DNA from: an uncultured Candidatus Saccharibacteria bacterium | GTDB taxonomy: Bacteria > Patescibacteriota > Saccharimonadia > Saccharimonadales > EFPC-124 | DNA: 64,000 bases | Assembly (NCBI GenBank): GCA_965225085.1 | Contig: CBDDBE010000001.1 | Coordinates: forward strand, 129,641 to 193,640 | Direction of reading: 5' to 3' | Part shown: in pieces, positions 17,862 to 26,789 of the stretch | How positions within the stretch are numbered: the stretch's first letter is position 1 | Layout: the number at the start of each line of letters is the position of its first letter | Program-made: the position numbers and the translations under genes | Notes under the pieces: model-generated | What the model was told of the DNA's origin: nothing | Seen by the model: the letters and a program-made list of their open reading frames with translations, nothing else | Databases searched by the model: none

Positions 17862-18241
17862 TGGACCATACGCAACAACATCTCATAACCAAGCTCGGCT
17901 ATACCTCGGGCGAAGCCGTCGACACGGTTGATGCGCCGGAATGGTTCCTGGAGTACCTCCGTGGCAACGGGGTCCACACGCATGCCAAGCTCCCGGCCGA
18001 GTGGTTGCACATGTTTATGACCGACATCGAGCGTCTGGCGCACTTTATGGCTCATCTGAAATTCAACGAGATCCAGAAAGGCCTCTGGATCAGCTGGCCC
18101 AAAGAAGCCAGCGGGCTGCGCACCGACATCACCGAGCAACAATTGCGCGATATTCTTCTGTCATATGGCTGGGTAGAGGCGGCAGCCTGCGACATCGACG
18201 ATCATTGGAATGCGGTGCAATTTGTAGAGAAAAATTCATAA
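17861..18241 (+). CDS. DUF3052-like protein
   Basis: 126 aa. ..GLWISWPKEASGLRTDITEQQLRD..GWVEAAACDIDDHWNAVQF.. matches the DUF3052 pattern. Its start overlaps the murB stop. Confidence 0.55.
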   Translation: MDHTQQHLITKLGYTSGEAVDTVDAPEWFLEYLRGNGVHTHAKLPAEWLHMFMTDIERLAHFMAHLKFNEIQKGLWISWPKEASGLRTDITEQQLRDILLSYGWVEAAACDIDDHWNAVQFVEKNS

Positions 18242-18254
18242 CGTAGGTTTTTGT

Positions 18255-18289
18255 ATGCTCCGCCCACCTTTTACAGATGGGCGGAGCAT
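18255..18289. terminator. Bidirectional terminator hairpin
   Basis: Perfect 12-bp stem atgctccgccca / tgggcggagcat between convergent genes (17861..18241 + and 18301..18534 -). Confidence 0.65.
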
Positions 18290-18300
18290 GTATCGTCGGG

Positions 18301-18534
18301 TTACCGGACGGCGAAGCCGCTCAGTACCTGCCAGAACGCGTCGTGGCCTTCGCTCGCAGCGGCAAGCAGCAGCTGGAAGTCGAAATTACTGCCAATGTGG
18401 GCTGTGCCGCTATGACCCTTCATATCCGAGAGGAACTCTGTGATCGCCTGACGCGGCTTGCCCGCATCAAAGAGCCTCAGAGCCGACTCTGCCGACTCCT
18501 TCAAATGTTCTTGCGCGCTTGCCATGCTGTTCAC
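18301..18534 (-). CDS. Small orphan protein (hypothetical)
   Basis: 77-aa ORF bounded by hairpins on both sides. No recognisable motif. Confidence 0.4.
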   Translation of the reverse strand: MNSMASAQEHLKESAESALRLFDAGKPRQAITEFLSDMKGHSGTAHIGSNFDFQLLLAAASEGHDAFWQVLSGFAVR

Positions 18535-18604
18535 CCTTCAACTCAACACCTGCGCCCTACCTAAAAGGGCGCATGATTATGAGCTGAAGAGCGGTCAACT
18601 TGTG

Positions 18605-19882
18605 CTAGATGTCACTAGGTAGTGGATATTGACGCGCAAACTCGGTAACTTCGTGCTTGATAGTATCAAGTTTTGTCCCATCGTGTCGAGCACGAATCGC
18701 CGCCAACATCCACTCGACCAGCTGCGACATGTGCTCCTCACGCAGGCCACGGGTTGTGAGCGCCGGCGTGCCCAGGCGAATACCACTCGGCCGGAATGGC
18801 GGAAGCGGGTCGTCAGGAATGACGTTTTTGTTGAGGTTGAGGCCGATCGCGTCCATCGCCGCCTCCGCCTCACCACCGTGTATGCCAAAACTCGTCTGCA
18901 CGTCGGCCACGACCATGTGGTTGTCGGTGCCGTTTGTGACCAGCCTGAAACCGCGCCGCATGAGCTCACTGGCCAAGACTTGAGCATTCTTGAGTACCTG
19001 CTGTGCATACTCCTGGAATTCAGGGGTGTCGGCTTCGCCAAATGCAATGGCCTTCGCGGCGATGACGTGCATGTGCGGGCCACCCTGCACACCCGGAAAC
19101 ACCGTGCGGTCAACCAATGTCGGTAAGTTCTCCATCGTCTTCTCGGGAGCTCGCAGTGGATTACCGACCGTGCCACGAGTCAAAATCATACCACCACGCG
19201 GGCCACGCAACGTCTTGTGCGTGGTGGTTGTTACTATCTGAAATCCATAGTCCAATGGATTTTTGAGCGCCTTACCAGCGACTAGTCCGGCAATATGCGC
19301 CATGTCCATTATTGCCACCGCGCCAACTTCCTGGGCGATATCGGCAAACTTCTGGTAGTCAAGCTCGCGCGGATAACTGCTAAACCCAGCCAGTATCATC
19401 TTGGGCTTGTGCTGGAGCGCCAAATCGCGCAGCGCCGCATAATCAATCTCGCCCGTCTCGACATCCTTCATGCCATAACGCACAAAGTTAAACAACTTCG
19501 CCAGCACCGTACCGGGTCGGCCGTGAGTCAGATGCCCACCATGGCTCAGCTCCATCCCGAGAATGGTATCGCCAGGCTCCATCCAGGCATGGTAGGCAGC
19601 TTCGTTGGCCTGCGCCCCGCTCAACGGCTGGACGTTGGCATGGTCCGCGCCAAACAGCTTCTTGGCTCGCTCTATCGCCAGCGTTTCTACTTGATCGGTA
19701 TTTTCCTGTCCACCGTAGTAGCGGCGGCCCGGAAAGCCCTCGGAATATTTATTGGTAAACACGCTCCCCAGTGCCGTCAGCACATCGCGACTGACATAAT
19801 TCTCGGATGGAATCAGCTCTAGGCCATCCCGTTGACGCTTCTCTTCTGCTTCAATTAGTTTAGCAACAGCCGTATCTTTCAT
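18605..19882 (-). CDS. glyA: Serine hydroxymethyltransferase
   Basis: 425 aa. ..LELIPSENY.., ..YSEGFPGRRYYGG.., PLP-lysine segment ..VTTTTHKTLRGPRGG.. . Confidence 0.95.
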   Translation of the reverse strand: MKDTAVAKLIEAEEKRQRDGLELIPSENYVSRDVLTALGSVFTNKYSEGFPGRRYYGGQENTDQVETLAIERAKKLFGADHANVQPLSGAQANEAAYHAWMEPGDTILGMELSHGGHLTHGRPGTVLAKLFNFVRYGMKDVETGEIDYAALRDLALQHKPKMILAGFSSYPRELDYQKFADIAQEVGAVAIMDMAHIAGLVAGKALKNPLDYGFQIVTTTTHKTLRGPRGGMILTRGTVGNPLRAPEKTMENLPTLVDRTVFPGVQGGPHMHVIAAKAIAFGEADTPEFQEYAQQVLKNAQVLASELMRRGFRLVTNGTDNHMVVADVQTSFGIHGGEAEAAMDAIGLNLNKNVIPDDPLPPFRPSGIRLGTPALTTRGLREEHMSQLVEWMLAAIRARHDGTKLDTIKHEVTEFARQYPLPSDI

Positions 19883-19969
19883 CGGTACATTTCTCCGTTA
19901 GGTTTCTCTGAGGTTGTAGACGTGGGCTGCGCTATATCATGTACCATAGTATACCTTGCGTTCGGCGCG

Positions 19970-20010
19970 CATGAAAATGCCCCGCCGCTTCGGGACAGGG
20001 CATTTTCATG
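19970..20010. terminator. Strong hairpin terminator
   Basis: 13-bp stem catgaaaatgccc / gggcattttcatg. Lies 3' of the minus-strand CDS ending at 20029 and upstream of the glyA promoter. Confidence 0.7.
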
Positions 20011-20028
20011 CCGCCCGAAGCACCAGGG

Positions 20029-20673
20029 CTACGTTGTCTTGGGGACGATGATCGGCAGTCCACCTCGAACAGGGTTGGGGTTGACGATGGTATTTGCCGG
20101 AATAGTCCAGCCCTCCGGTATATCGACCTCTGAGCTGACCGTCACCTTGGCGTAGAGCTCAACCCCGTCTCTAAGCGTGCTATCCTGCTTAAGCTCACAA
20201 CCTGAGCGGATTGTGGCGCGACGCCCGATAGACGCATGGGTCACCTTGACGTCGTCGCCGATTATCGAATTCTGTCCGATCGTCACGTTATCGATACGGC
20301 ACCGTTTTCCGATTTTTGCGCCCGATCCAATAGTCGAGCCATACCCCTCGTTTTGAATCTTTGTGTCGTCGCCGATCTCGACATTATCACGAATGCCGAG
20401 GAAGCTAAGCTCAGCCCCATCGCCAACGGCTACCGAGCTTCCAACGATGCACCAGTTAAGCCGCGACCGTGCACCAATGATAGTCCCCTTCCCGACGGTA
20501 GCTTCTGTGATGCGGCAACCGGCGCCGATCTTGCTATCCGGGCCGATCTCGACGCGGTCGCCCAGGAACACACCAGGACCAAACTCAGCCGACGGGCTGA
20601 TCTTACAGTCATTGCCGATCTGGACCGTGACTTCGCGACGGTTTAGGCCAGGGGCTTTGATGGTTATTGGCAT
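20029..20673 (-). CDS. Hexapeptide-repeat (left-handed beta-helix) transferase-family protein
   Basis: 214 aa made almost entirely of [LIV]-G-x-x-x-x hexads (..IGPDSKIGAGCRI.., ..IGDDTKI.., ..IGDDVKV..). Confidence 0.7.
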   Translation of the reverse strand: MPITIKAPGLNRREVTVQIGNDCKISPSAEFGPGVFLGDRVEIGPDSKIGAGCRITEATVGKGTIIGARSRLNWCIVGSSVAVGDGAELSFLGIRDNVEIGDDTKIQNEGYGSTIGSGAKIGKRCRIDNVTIGQNSIIGDDVKVTHASIGRRATIRSGCELKQDSTLRDGVELYAKVTVSSEVDIPEGWTIPANTIVNPNPVRGGLPIIVPKTT

Positions 20674-20804
20674 TTGTTAGCCTTCTCTGTGAAAACACTT
20701 GGACCGGCCTATAATATCATAAACGTATCAATAAAGCAAAAACCATCCCTCTCACGTGGATCACTTTACAAAAAATATACCCTATGTGATATACTACAAG
20801 CACT

Positions 20805-22331
20805 ATGGAAACAACCTACAAGGAAAAGATCGGTAAACTCATCCAAAAAACCCGCCAAGACCGCGGCCTCACACAGGCCGAAATGGCCAAAGCCCTTGGC
20901 ACCAGTCAAAGTGCGGTAAACCGAATCGAAAACGGTGGCCAAAACCTCAGCATGGAGATGCTTGCCCGCATCAGCGACGTGCTCAACAGCGAAATTATCT
21001 CGCTGCACAAACCCGGCACGCTCAACTTTCGCGTCGAAGGCGGACGCAAACTTCACGGCATGGTCTCGATTAGAAGCTCAAAAAATGCCGCCGTTGCACT
21101 GATGTGTGCCGCATTGCTGAACAAAGGCAAAACGACGCTACGCAACATGCCCCATATTGAGGAAGTGAATCGCCTGATCGAGGTTCTCAACAGTATTGGC
21201 GTGCAGACGAAGTGGCTGAACGACAACAAAGATCTCGAGATAAAACCATCGGCAAAGCTAAAGATGGACGAGATGAACGCCGAAGCAGGCCGCAAAACAC
21301 GCAGTGTCATCATGTTCCTGGCGCCCCTTATGCACATGTTCAAGACCTTTCGGCTACCTTATGCTGGCGGCTGCGCTCTGGGTGAACGAACTATTCGCCC
21401 TCATCTGTACGCGCTCGAGGAGCTTGGTCTCAGCGTCGAAACCCACGACGAATGGTATACCTGCGCCGTTGACCTTCATCCAGCGGATAAAATCGTTATG
21501 TACGAAGGCAGCGACACCGCAACCGAAAATGCCATCATGGCAGCCTCGCTGGTCCCCTCGACTACTGTTATCACAAGGGCAAGTGCCAACTATATGGTCC
21601 AGGACCTCTGTTTCTTCCTGGAAAAACTCGGAGTCAAAATCGAAGGCATAGGCACCAACACGCTCACAATTCACGGCGTCAAAGAAGTCAACAAAAACGT
21701 CACCTACAGCCCCAGTGAAGACCCTATCGAGGCGATGACCTTCCTGAGCATTGCCGCGACCACCAACTCCCCTATCACCATCACTCGCTGCCCTATCGAC
21801 TTCCTCGACCTCGAGCTGCTGAAGCTTGAGAAAATGGGCATGTACTTCACCGTCGGGCCCGTATACAAAGCCGAAAACGGCAAAACAAACCTAGTCGACG
21901 TAGAATGCCATGAGTCACCAGAGCTAATCGCCCTCGAGGACAAGCTCGAGGCCCATCCCTATCCCGGCATCAATATCGACAATCTTCCCTATTTTGTCCC
22001 TGTTGCCGCAGCCGCAAAAGGCAACACGCTCATCCATGACTGGATTTACGAAAACCGGGCAATTTACTATACCGAGCTTAACAAGCTCAACGCCAGCGTA
22101 ACGCTGGCTGACGTCCACCGCGCCTACGTCAAGGGGCCAACGCGCTGGAAGGCCGGCGAAGTTGTGTGCCCCCCTGCACTTCGTCCTGCCGTTCTAGTGC
22201 TAATCGGCATGCTTGCCGCCCCTGGCGTTTCGACCCTTCGTAACGTGTACAGCATCAACCGCGGCTACGAAGACCTCGCCGAACGCCTCAACAAGCTTGG
22301 TGCAAACATCCAAACATTCCGCGAGATATAG
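20805..22331 (+). CDS. murA: XRE-type HTH domain fused to UDP-N-acetylglucosamine 1-carboxyvinyltransferase
   Basis: 508 aa. Residues 1 to ~70 form an HTH (..RGLTQAEMAKALGTSQSAVNRIENG..). The rest is MurA: NFRVEGGRKLHGMVSIRSSKNAAVALMCAALL.. and the catalytic-Cys loop ..YAGGCALGERTIRPH.. . Confidence 0.85.
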   Translation: METTYKEKIGKLIQKTRQDRGLTQAEMAKALGTSQSAVNRIENGGQNLSMEMLARISDVLNSEIISLHKPGTLNFRVEGGRKLHGMVSIRSSKNAAVALMCAALLNKGKTTLRNMPHIEEVNRLIEVLNSIGVQTKWLNDNKDLEIKPSAKLKMDEMNAEAGRKTRSVIMFLAPLMHMFKTFRLPYAGGCALGERTIRPHLYALEELGLSVETHDEWYTCAVDLHPADKIVMYEGSDTATENAIMAASLVPSTTVITRASANYMVQDLCFFLEKLGVKIEGIGTNTLTIHGVKEVNKNVTYSPSEDPIEAMTFLSIAATTNSPITITRCPIDFLDLELLKLEKMGMYFTVGPVYKAENGKTNLVDVECHESPELIALEDKLEAHPYPGINIDNLPYFVPVAAAAKGNTLIHDWIYENRAIYYTELNKLNASVTLADVHRAYVKGPTRWKAGEVVCPPALRPAVLVLIGMLAAPGVSTLRNVYSINRGYEDLAERLNKLGANIQTFREI

Positions 22332-22344
22332 GTCTACCTCTGTT

Positions 22345-22371
22345 AAAACAGCCGCATACCGCGGCTGTTTT
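22345..22371 (+). terminator. Rho-independent terminator of murA
   Basis: 11-bp stem aaaacagccgc / gcggctgtttt with a 5-nt loop, followed by a T-rich tail. Confidence 0.75.
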
Positions 22372-22482
22372 ACTTTTGCGCTCTCTGCCTTCTTGCGAAA
22401 ATAGTATTTACTTTTACGACGATATATGGTATAAATAAGTATTGTGAGCTAACAGGGGTCGTTCCCTGTGGAGAGACAATTT

Positions 22483-23094
22483 ATGAAGAAGCTACAATTA
22501 AATTCATCACGATTAGCGATTATTGGTGTAGCGCTGACGACCCTTGGTCTGATCGGCATTATACCAATGCTCTTTAATAGTGGTGATGCTGCCATCGCCG
22601 CAGGCTCAACCAACGCCAGTACAGGTGTGGCTGCGCCGACGCAGATCGTCCAACAAGCGGTCGCACCTCAGTCTATTAGCGGTCACCCAGTTGAAATCGT
22701 CGCACCAACAGTCGGCGTCGATATGCCGATTGTTGATGGTTTTTACGATAGCGCTACCGGTGATTGGACGCTAAATGCCGACAAAGCGCAGTTTGCCACC
22801 ATGACCACACAGCCAAACGACAAATCCGGCCAGACGTTCATCTACGGCCACGCAACGCAGCGTGTTTTTGGCAAATTGCTCAACATGAAAACAGGCGATC
22901 AAGCATACGTCCTGACCGCAAATGGTTACAAATTCACGTATACGCTCAAGGAAACACAGGTTGTCACACCACAGAACACCGGCATTCTGGCCTACCAAGG
23001 CTCGCCACGCCTGCTACTGCAGACCTGCGTGGGTACCTTCTCGCAAAACCGCAAGTTCTTTATCCTTGACTTTACCAAGGTCGAAAAGCTTTAA
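22483..23094 (+). CDS. Sortase-family transpeptidase
   Basis: ATG at 22483 with ggagag 8 nt upstream. N-terminal TM helix. Catalytic His (..TFIYGHATQ..), Cys (..LLLQTCVG..) and a downstream Arg (..QNRKFF..). Confidence 0.75.
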   Translation: MKKLQLNSSRLAIIGVALTTLGLIGIIPMLFNSGDAAIAAGSTNASTGVAAPTQIVQQAVAPQSISGHPVEIVAPTVGVDMPIVDGFYDSATGDWTLNADKAQFATMTTQPNDKSGQTFIYGHATQRVFGKLLNMKTGDQAYVLTANGYKFTYTLKETQVVTPQNTGILAYQGSPRLLLQTCVGTFSQNRKFFILDFTKVEKL

Positions 23095-24494
23095 GCAGCT
23101 ACCTTGACCGCACCGCCAGTGCGTTCGACATGTTCCCAGTGCCCCACGCTGATCTGACCGGCGAACAATTCTGGCAGCCTAGCCAATGACTTGATGAGCG
23201 CCACGAAGTCCACGAAGGACATGATCATTAGTAGGCCATACGAGAACGGCGTCAAAAGCGCCAGACGTAACTTACTCCGGCTGGACTCAGTATTCTCGCT
23301 AATGATATTTATCATGCTAAAGAGCAGTACAAAAATATACGCGCTAAGGAAGCCGCCGATGCCGCGCGATACAAACGAGTAGTACAGCACAAAGATTGTC
23401 AGTAGCGGGTCCAGCAACAGCTCAAACTCGCTAAAGACCACGAACGGCAGATACAACCAGCTCAGTTGCTTGGTGTGTTTGGCATCACGGCTAAAGAAGA
23501 TTTCACGATTCTTGACAAAGGTCTGCATGCGGCCGTACTTCCAGCGAAAACGTTGACGGATAAGGCTTTTGAAACGTGTGACACCCTCAGTGTAGGCTAG
23601 TACGTCAGCGGCAAAAACGACGCGGCTATCACGGTTGCCCTGACGGGCGATAATCTTCATCGTGAAATCAATATCCTCGGTCATAGTGTCTGTGTCGTAA
23701 TAATCGCACTTTTCCACGACGTTCCTGCGAAAAGTCGAACCGACGCCGCCCACAATGTATTCCATGTTCATAGTCGTCAGAGCGCGCTTCATACGGTGCG
23801 ATATGACGTATTCGAGACGCTGGGCCGCGTTCAAAACAGATCGGCCATCTATAACTTTGACGTTCGTAGCCGCGGCTACCACCTTCGGATCGCGGAAATA
23901 TTCTACCATCTTGCCAATAGCCTGCGGGTGCAATAGCGAGTCGGCATCGAGTACCATGATCAGGCTGCCGAGGGCGTGCTTCATGATGCCATTGTTAATC
24001 GCAGCGGCTTTACCTTTATTGGACTGGTGAACCAGCTTGACGATGCCAATATTGTGCTTGCGGATGTAATAGCGCACGCGGTTGTACGTCTTATCACGCG
24101 AGCCATCATCGACAATGATGATCTGCTTGTACATATAGTCGTTGGCCAGAACTGATTCAAGCGTCCGTATAATGCACACTTCCTCGTTGTAGGCAGGAAT
24201 AACAACAGAGATAAAAGGGGTGTACTTCTCTGGCGCAGACTTCGCGGCTAGACCCTGGCGCTTACTGCGCATTTCGTACCAGTCCGCACCTACCATAAAT
24301 GCCGTCAGCCTGACCAGGTTAACGATTCCGAGTACGATAATAATATAAAGTATAATGTTCATAATAAAATATGCGCCATATACAAACCGCCAGAAGTTAC
24401 CCTCTAGCGGTCTATATATCTGCAGAGATGCCTTGCGGCGACTCTGCCAACACGGCGTATTAGCGACTTGCGCGCAATACGATGCGAGAAGCAA
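23091..24494 (-). CDS. Processive family-2 glycosyltransferase (PgaC/IcaA/NodC-like polysaccharide synthase)
   Basis: Membrane GT2 with ..VVIPAYNEE.., ..IIVDDGSRDKT.., ..VLDADS.., ..TEDIDFT.., ..QRFRWKYG.. (QxxRW), plus N- and C-terminal TM helices. The start is uncertain (24494, or ATG 24362 = MNIILY..). Confidence 0.8.
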   Translation of the reverse strand: MLLASYCAQVANTPCWQSRRKASLQIYRPLEGNFWRFVYGAYFIMNIILYIIIVLGIVNLVRLTAFMVGADWYEMRSKRQGLAAKSAPEKYTPFISVVIPAYNEEVCIIRTLESVLANDYMYKQIIIVDDGSRDKTYNRVRYYIRKHNIGIVKLVHQSNKGKAAAINNGIMKHALGSLIMVLDADSLLHPQAIGKMVEYFRDPKVVAAATNVKVIDGRSVLNAAQRLEYVISHRMKRALTTMNMEYIVGGVGSTFRRNVVEKCDYYDTDTMTEDIDFTMKIIARQGNRDSRVVFAADVLAYTEGVTRFKSLIRQRFRWKYGRMQTFVKNREIFFSRDAKHTKQLSWLYLPFVVFSEFELLLDPLLTIFVLYYSFVSRGIGGFLSAYIFVLLFSMINIISENTESSRSKLRLALLTPFSYGLLMIMSFVDFVALIKSLARLPELFAGQISVGHWEHVERTGGAVKVAA

Positions 24495-24645
24495 TGAAGC
24501 TGCTCAGCGCAACAACACCGGCGACAATCGCAACGATGCTGAAGATCATGAGGAGTGGGTTACCGGCAGTGTTAGGCAGTACAGCAACACCTGCTGCAAC
24601 TGGAGCTACAGAGCCAGCGCCTTTACCAAAATCGTTACCAGACAT
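24460..24645 (-). CDS. 61-aa mini-protein consisting essentially of an LPXTG-type cell-wall sorting signal
   Basis: MSGNDFGKGAGSVAPVAAGVAV-LPNTAG-NPLLMIFSIVAIVAGVVALSSFIAS-RIVLRASR. Canonical promoter plus AAGGAG SD 7 nt before the ATG. No N-terminal signal peptide and no passenger domain. Confidence 0.7.
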   Translation of the reverse strand: MSGNDFGKGAGSVAPVAAGVAVLPNTAGNPLLMIFSIVAIVAGVVALSSFIASRIVLRASR

Positions 24646-24679
24646 GTATTAACTCCTTAACATTAATCTGTCAAATTAG

Positions 24680-24708
24680 ATTATATACCTTCTTGGCTAT
24701 ATTGTAAA
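24680..24708 (-). promoter_or_regulatory. Sigma70-type promoter of the mini-LPXTG gene
   Basis: On the minus strand: TTTACA (24708-24703), 17-nt spacer, TATAAT (24685-24680). Confidence 0.65.
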
Positions 24709-24744
24709 TACTATTATGGAATACGCTTTAGGTATAAAGCCCTC

Positions 24745-24772
24745 TTGACTATACTTATCATAGTTGTATAAT
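24745..24772 (+). promoter_or_regulatory. Sigma70-type promoter of the CE4 surface protein gene
   Basis: TTGACT (24745-24750), 16-nt spacer, TATAAT (24767-24772). About 45 nt upstream of ATG 24818. Confidence 0.6.
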
Positions 24773-24817
24773 TACCTTGATAATCATATATCTACACTTA
24801 AGAGATGCTCTTACACT

Positions 24818-26785
24818 ATGAAAAAAATCATGACTCGTATTATAACTGGATTACTTCTACTCGGCTGGCTTAGCCTCGTTCCGCTTCAGAGTGCGTACGC
24901 CGCCTCGACCAACCTCATCAGCAACCCATCGGTTGAACAAAGCGCAAACGGCCAGCCCACCGATTGGCTCAACAACAAATGGGGCACCAACAACGCCACC
25001 TTTACCTACAAGAAGACTGGACAAAGTGGCAGCCACAGCCTATACGTATCTATGACTAGCTACGGAAGCGGCGATGCTAAATGGTACTTCAAACCCGTAG
25101 CTGTCGCACCAAACACCACATACACATACAGCGACTACTACAAGTCTTCGACGTGGACCGACCTGCTGGCACGCTTCACTGATGCCCAGGGTAACGACAC
25201 GTACCAATGGATAGGTGGAGCCGGCAATAGCACTTCCTGGAAACTGCTCACTGCGAACGTCAAAACACCCGTCAACGCTGTCAGCATGACTATCATGCAA
25301 ACCCTCAGCGGTGTTGGGAATCTTCAGACCGATACCTTTAGCCTCACAACCACCGTTCCAACGACTCCTGTAGTGAGTATCACTAGCCCGACAACTGGGT
25401 CGACCGTTAGTAGCACCGTCACTATCAGCGCAACAGCCAGCGACACGATCGGTGTTGCGGGCGTGCAGTTCAAACTAGACGGCGCCAACCTCGGATCAGA
25501 AGTCACTACCGCTCCGTATCAGATGTCGTGGGATACCAAAACTACTACCGACGGTCAGCATACGCTTACCGCAGTCGTGCGCAATACCTCGAATATGACG
25601 ACGACTTCGAGCAATGTGATCGTGACAGTCGCCAACCAGGCCCAGACCACGGGCACTAACCTCGTGCCAAATCCATCTGTTGAGACCACGTCAGGCGCAC
25701 TTCCCCTTGGCTGGCAAACCAATAAGTCCAAAACCAACACTACTGCGTTCAACTATCAAAGCACCGGCCACACTGGCAATCACAGCCTAAACATCACTAT
25801 CAGCGCCTACACTAACGGCGACGCTTACTGGTCATATCCCACGCAGACAGCAGTTGGCGGCGCGCTGTATGAATTCTCGGACTACTATCAATCGAACGTC
25901 AACACCTACATTTATGCCGAAGTAACCATGAAAGACGGCACACAGCAATGGCTGAATGTCGGCACAGCCTGGCACAGCGACGGTTGGAATCACTTTGACC
26001 AACAGTTCACCGTTCCCGCCGGGGCGGCGTCGATTATGGTCTATCACAGCATGGCTGGCGTGGGCTATCTGAACACCGACGACTACAAACTGGTCAAATA
26101 CGAACCAATCGGCTTCACGCGGGGAATGGTAAGCCTAACCTTCGATGACGCTCTGCGCTCAACCTACCTAAATGGCCTACCTCTGCTGCAGAAGTATGGC
26201 CTCCTGTCCACGCAGTACATGCTGAGCGGATACACGACTGATCCAAACTACATGACACCAGCAATGATGAAAGCATTTGCCGACGCTGGTCACGAGATCG
26301 GTTCGCACACCGTTACGCATAGCTCGTTGATCGATCTGAGCGTGGCGCAGATACAGCAAGAACTGTCCCAATCGCAGAGCGATCTGCTGACTATCACTGG
26401 CCAAAAACCAACCGATTTTGCAACCCCACATGGAGAATACAATGCCGAATCCATCGCCTACATCAAGCAGTACTACCGCTCGCACCGCTCAGTCGATGTC
26501 GGTTTTAACAGTAAAGACAATTTCGATATCTACAACATCAAGGTGCAAAATATACTAGCCACCACAACCACGGCGCAAGTTGCCGCCTGGGTCAATCAAG
26601 CCGCCACTCAGCACACCTGGCTAGTTCTGGTCTATCATGGCGTTGGCGACCCAGTCATTCCGGACAGCGCTGCGTGGTCAATCACACCCGCCAATCTTGA
26701 CGCACAGCTAGGTGCCATCAAGACAAGTGGCATATCGGTACAAACCGTCTCGCAAGCACTCGATGAGATAACGCCCCAACTCTAG
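24818..26785 (+). CDS. Secreted multidomain protein: two CBM-like modules, Ig-like domain, C-terminal polysaccharide deacetylase (CE4/NodB)
   Basis: ATG 24818 (MKKIMTRIITGLLLLGWLSLVPLQSAYA/AS). Duplicated NL(I/V)xNPSVE..W.. jelly-roll modules. Ig-like ..VSITSPTTGSTVSSTVTISATASD..VQFKLDG.. . NodB block ..VSLTFDDALRSTY.. and ..GHEIGSHTVTH.. . Confidence 0.8.
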   Translation: MKKIMTRIITGLLLLGWLSLVPLQSAYAASTNLISNPSVEQSANGQPTDWLNNKWGTNNATFTYKKTGQSGSHSLYVSMTSYGSGDAKWYFKPVAVAPNTTYTYSDYYKSSTWTDLLARFTDAQGNDTYQWIGGAGNSTSWKLLTANVKTPVNAVSMTIMQTLSGVGNLQTDTFSLTTTVPTTPVVSITSPTTGSTVSSTVTISATASDTIGVAGVQFKLDGANLGSEVTTAPYQMSWDTKTTTDGQHTLTAVVRNTSNMTTTSSNVIVTVANQAQTTGTNLVPNPSVETTSGALPLGWQTNKSKTNTTAFNYQSTGHTGNHSLNITISAYTNGDAYWSYPTQTAVGGALYEFSDYYQSNVNTYIYAEVTMKDGTQQWLNVGTAWHSDGWNHFDQQFTVPAGAASIMVYHSMAGVGYLNTDDYKLVKYEPIGFTRGMVSLTFDDALRSTYLNGLPLLQKYGLLSTQYMLSGYTTDPNYMTPAMMKAFADAGHEIGSHTVTHSSLIDLSVAQIQQELSQSQSDLLTITGQKPTDFATPHGEYNAESIAYIKQYYRSHRSVDVGFNSKDNFDIYNIKVQNILATTTTAQVAAWVNQAATQHTWLVLVYHGVGDPVIPDSAAWSITPANLDAQLGAIKTSGISVQTVSQALDEITPQL

Positions 26786-26789
26786 TTAT

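Noticed and set aside
18595-19176. 193-aa minus-strand ORF in an alternative frame within glyA
   Set aside because: It lies entirely inside the highly conserved SHMT reading frame, and its Arg/Trp/Ser-rich composition marks it as an out-of-frame artefact.
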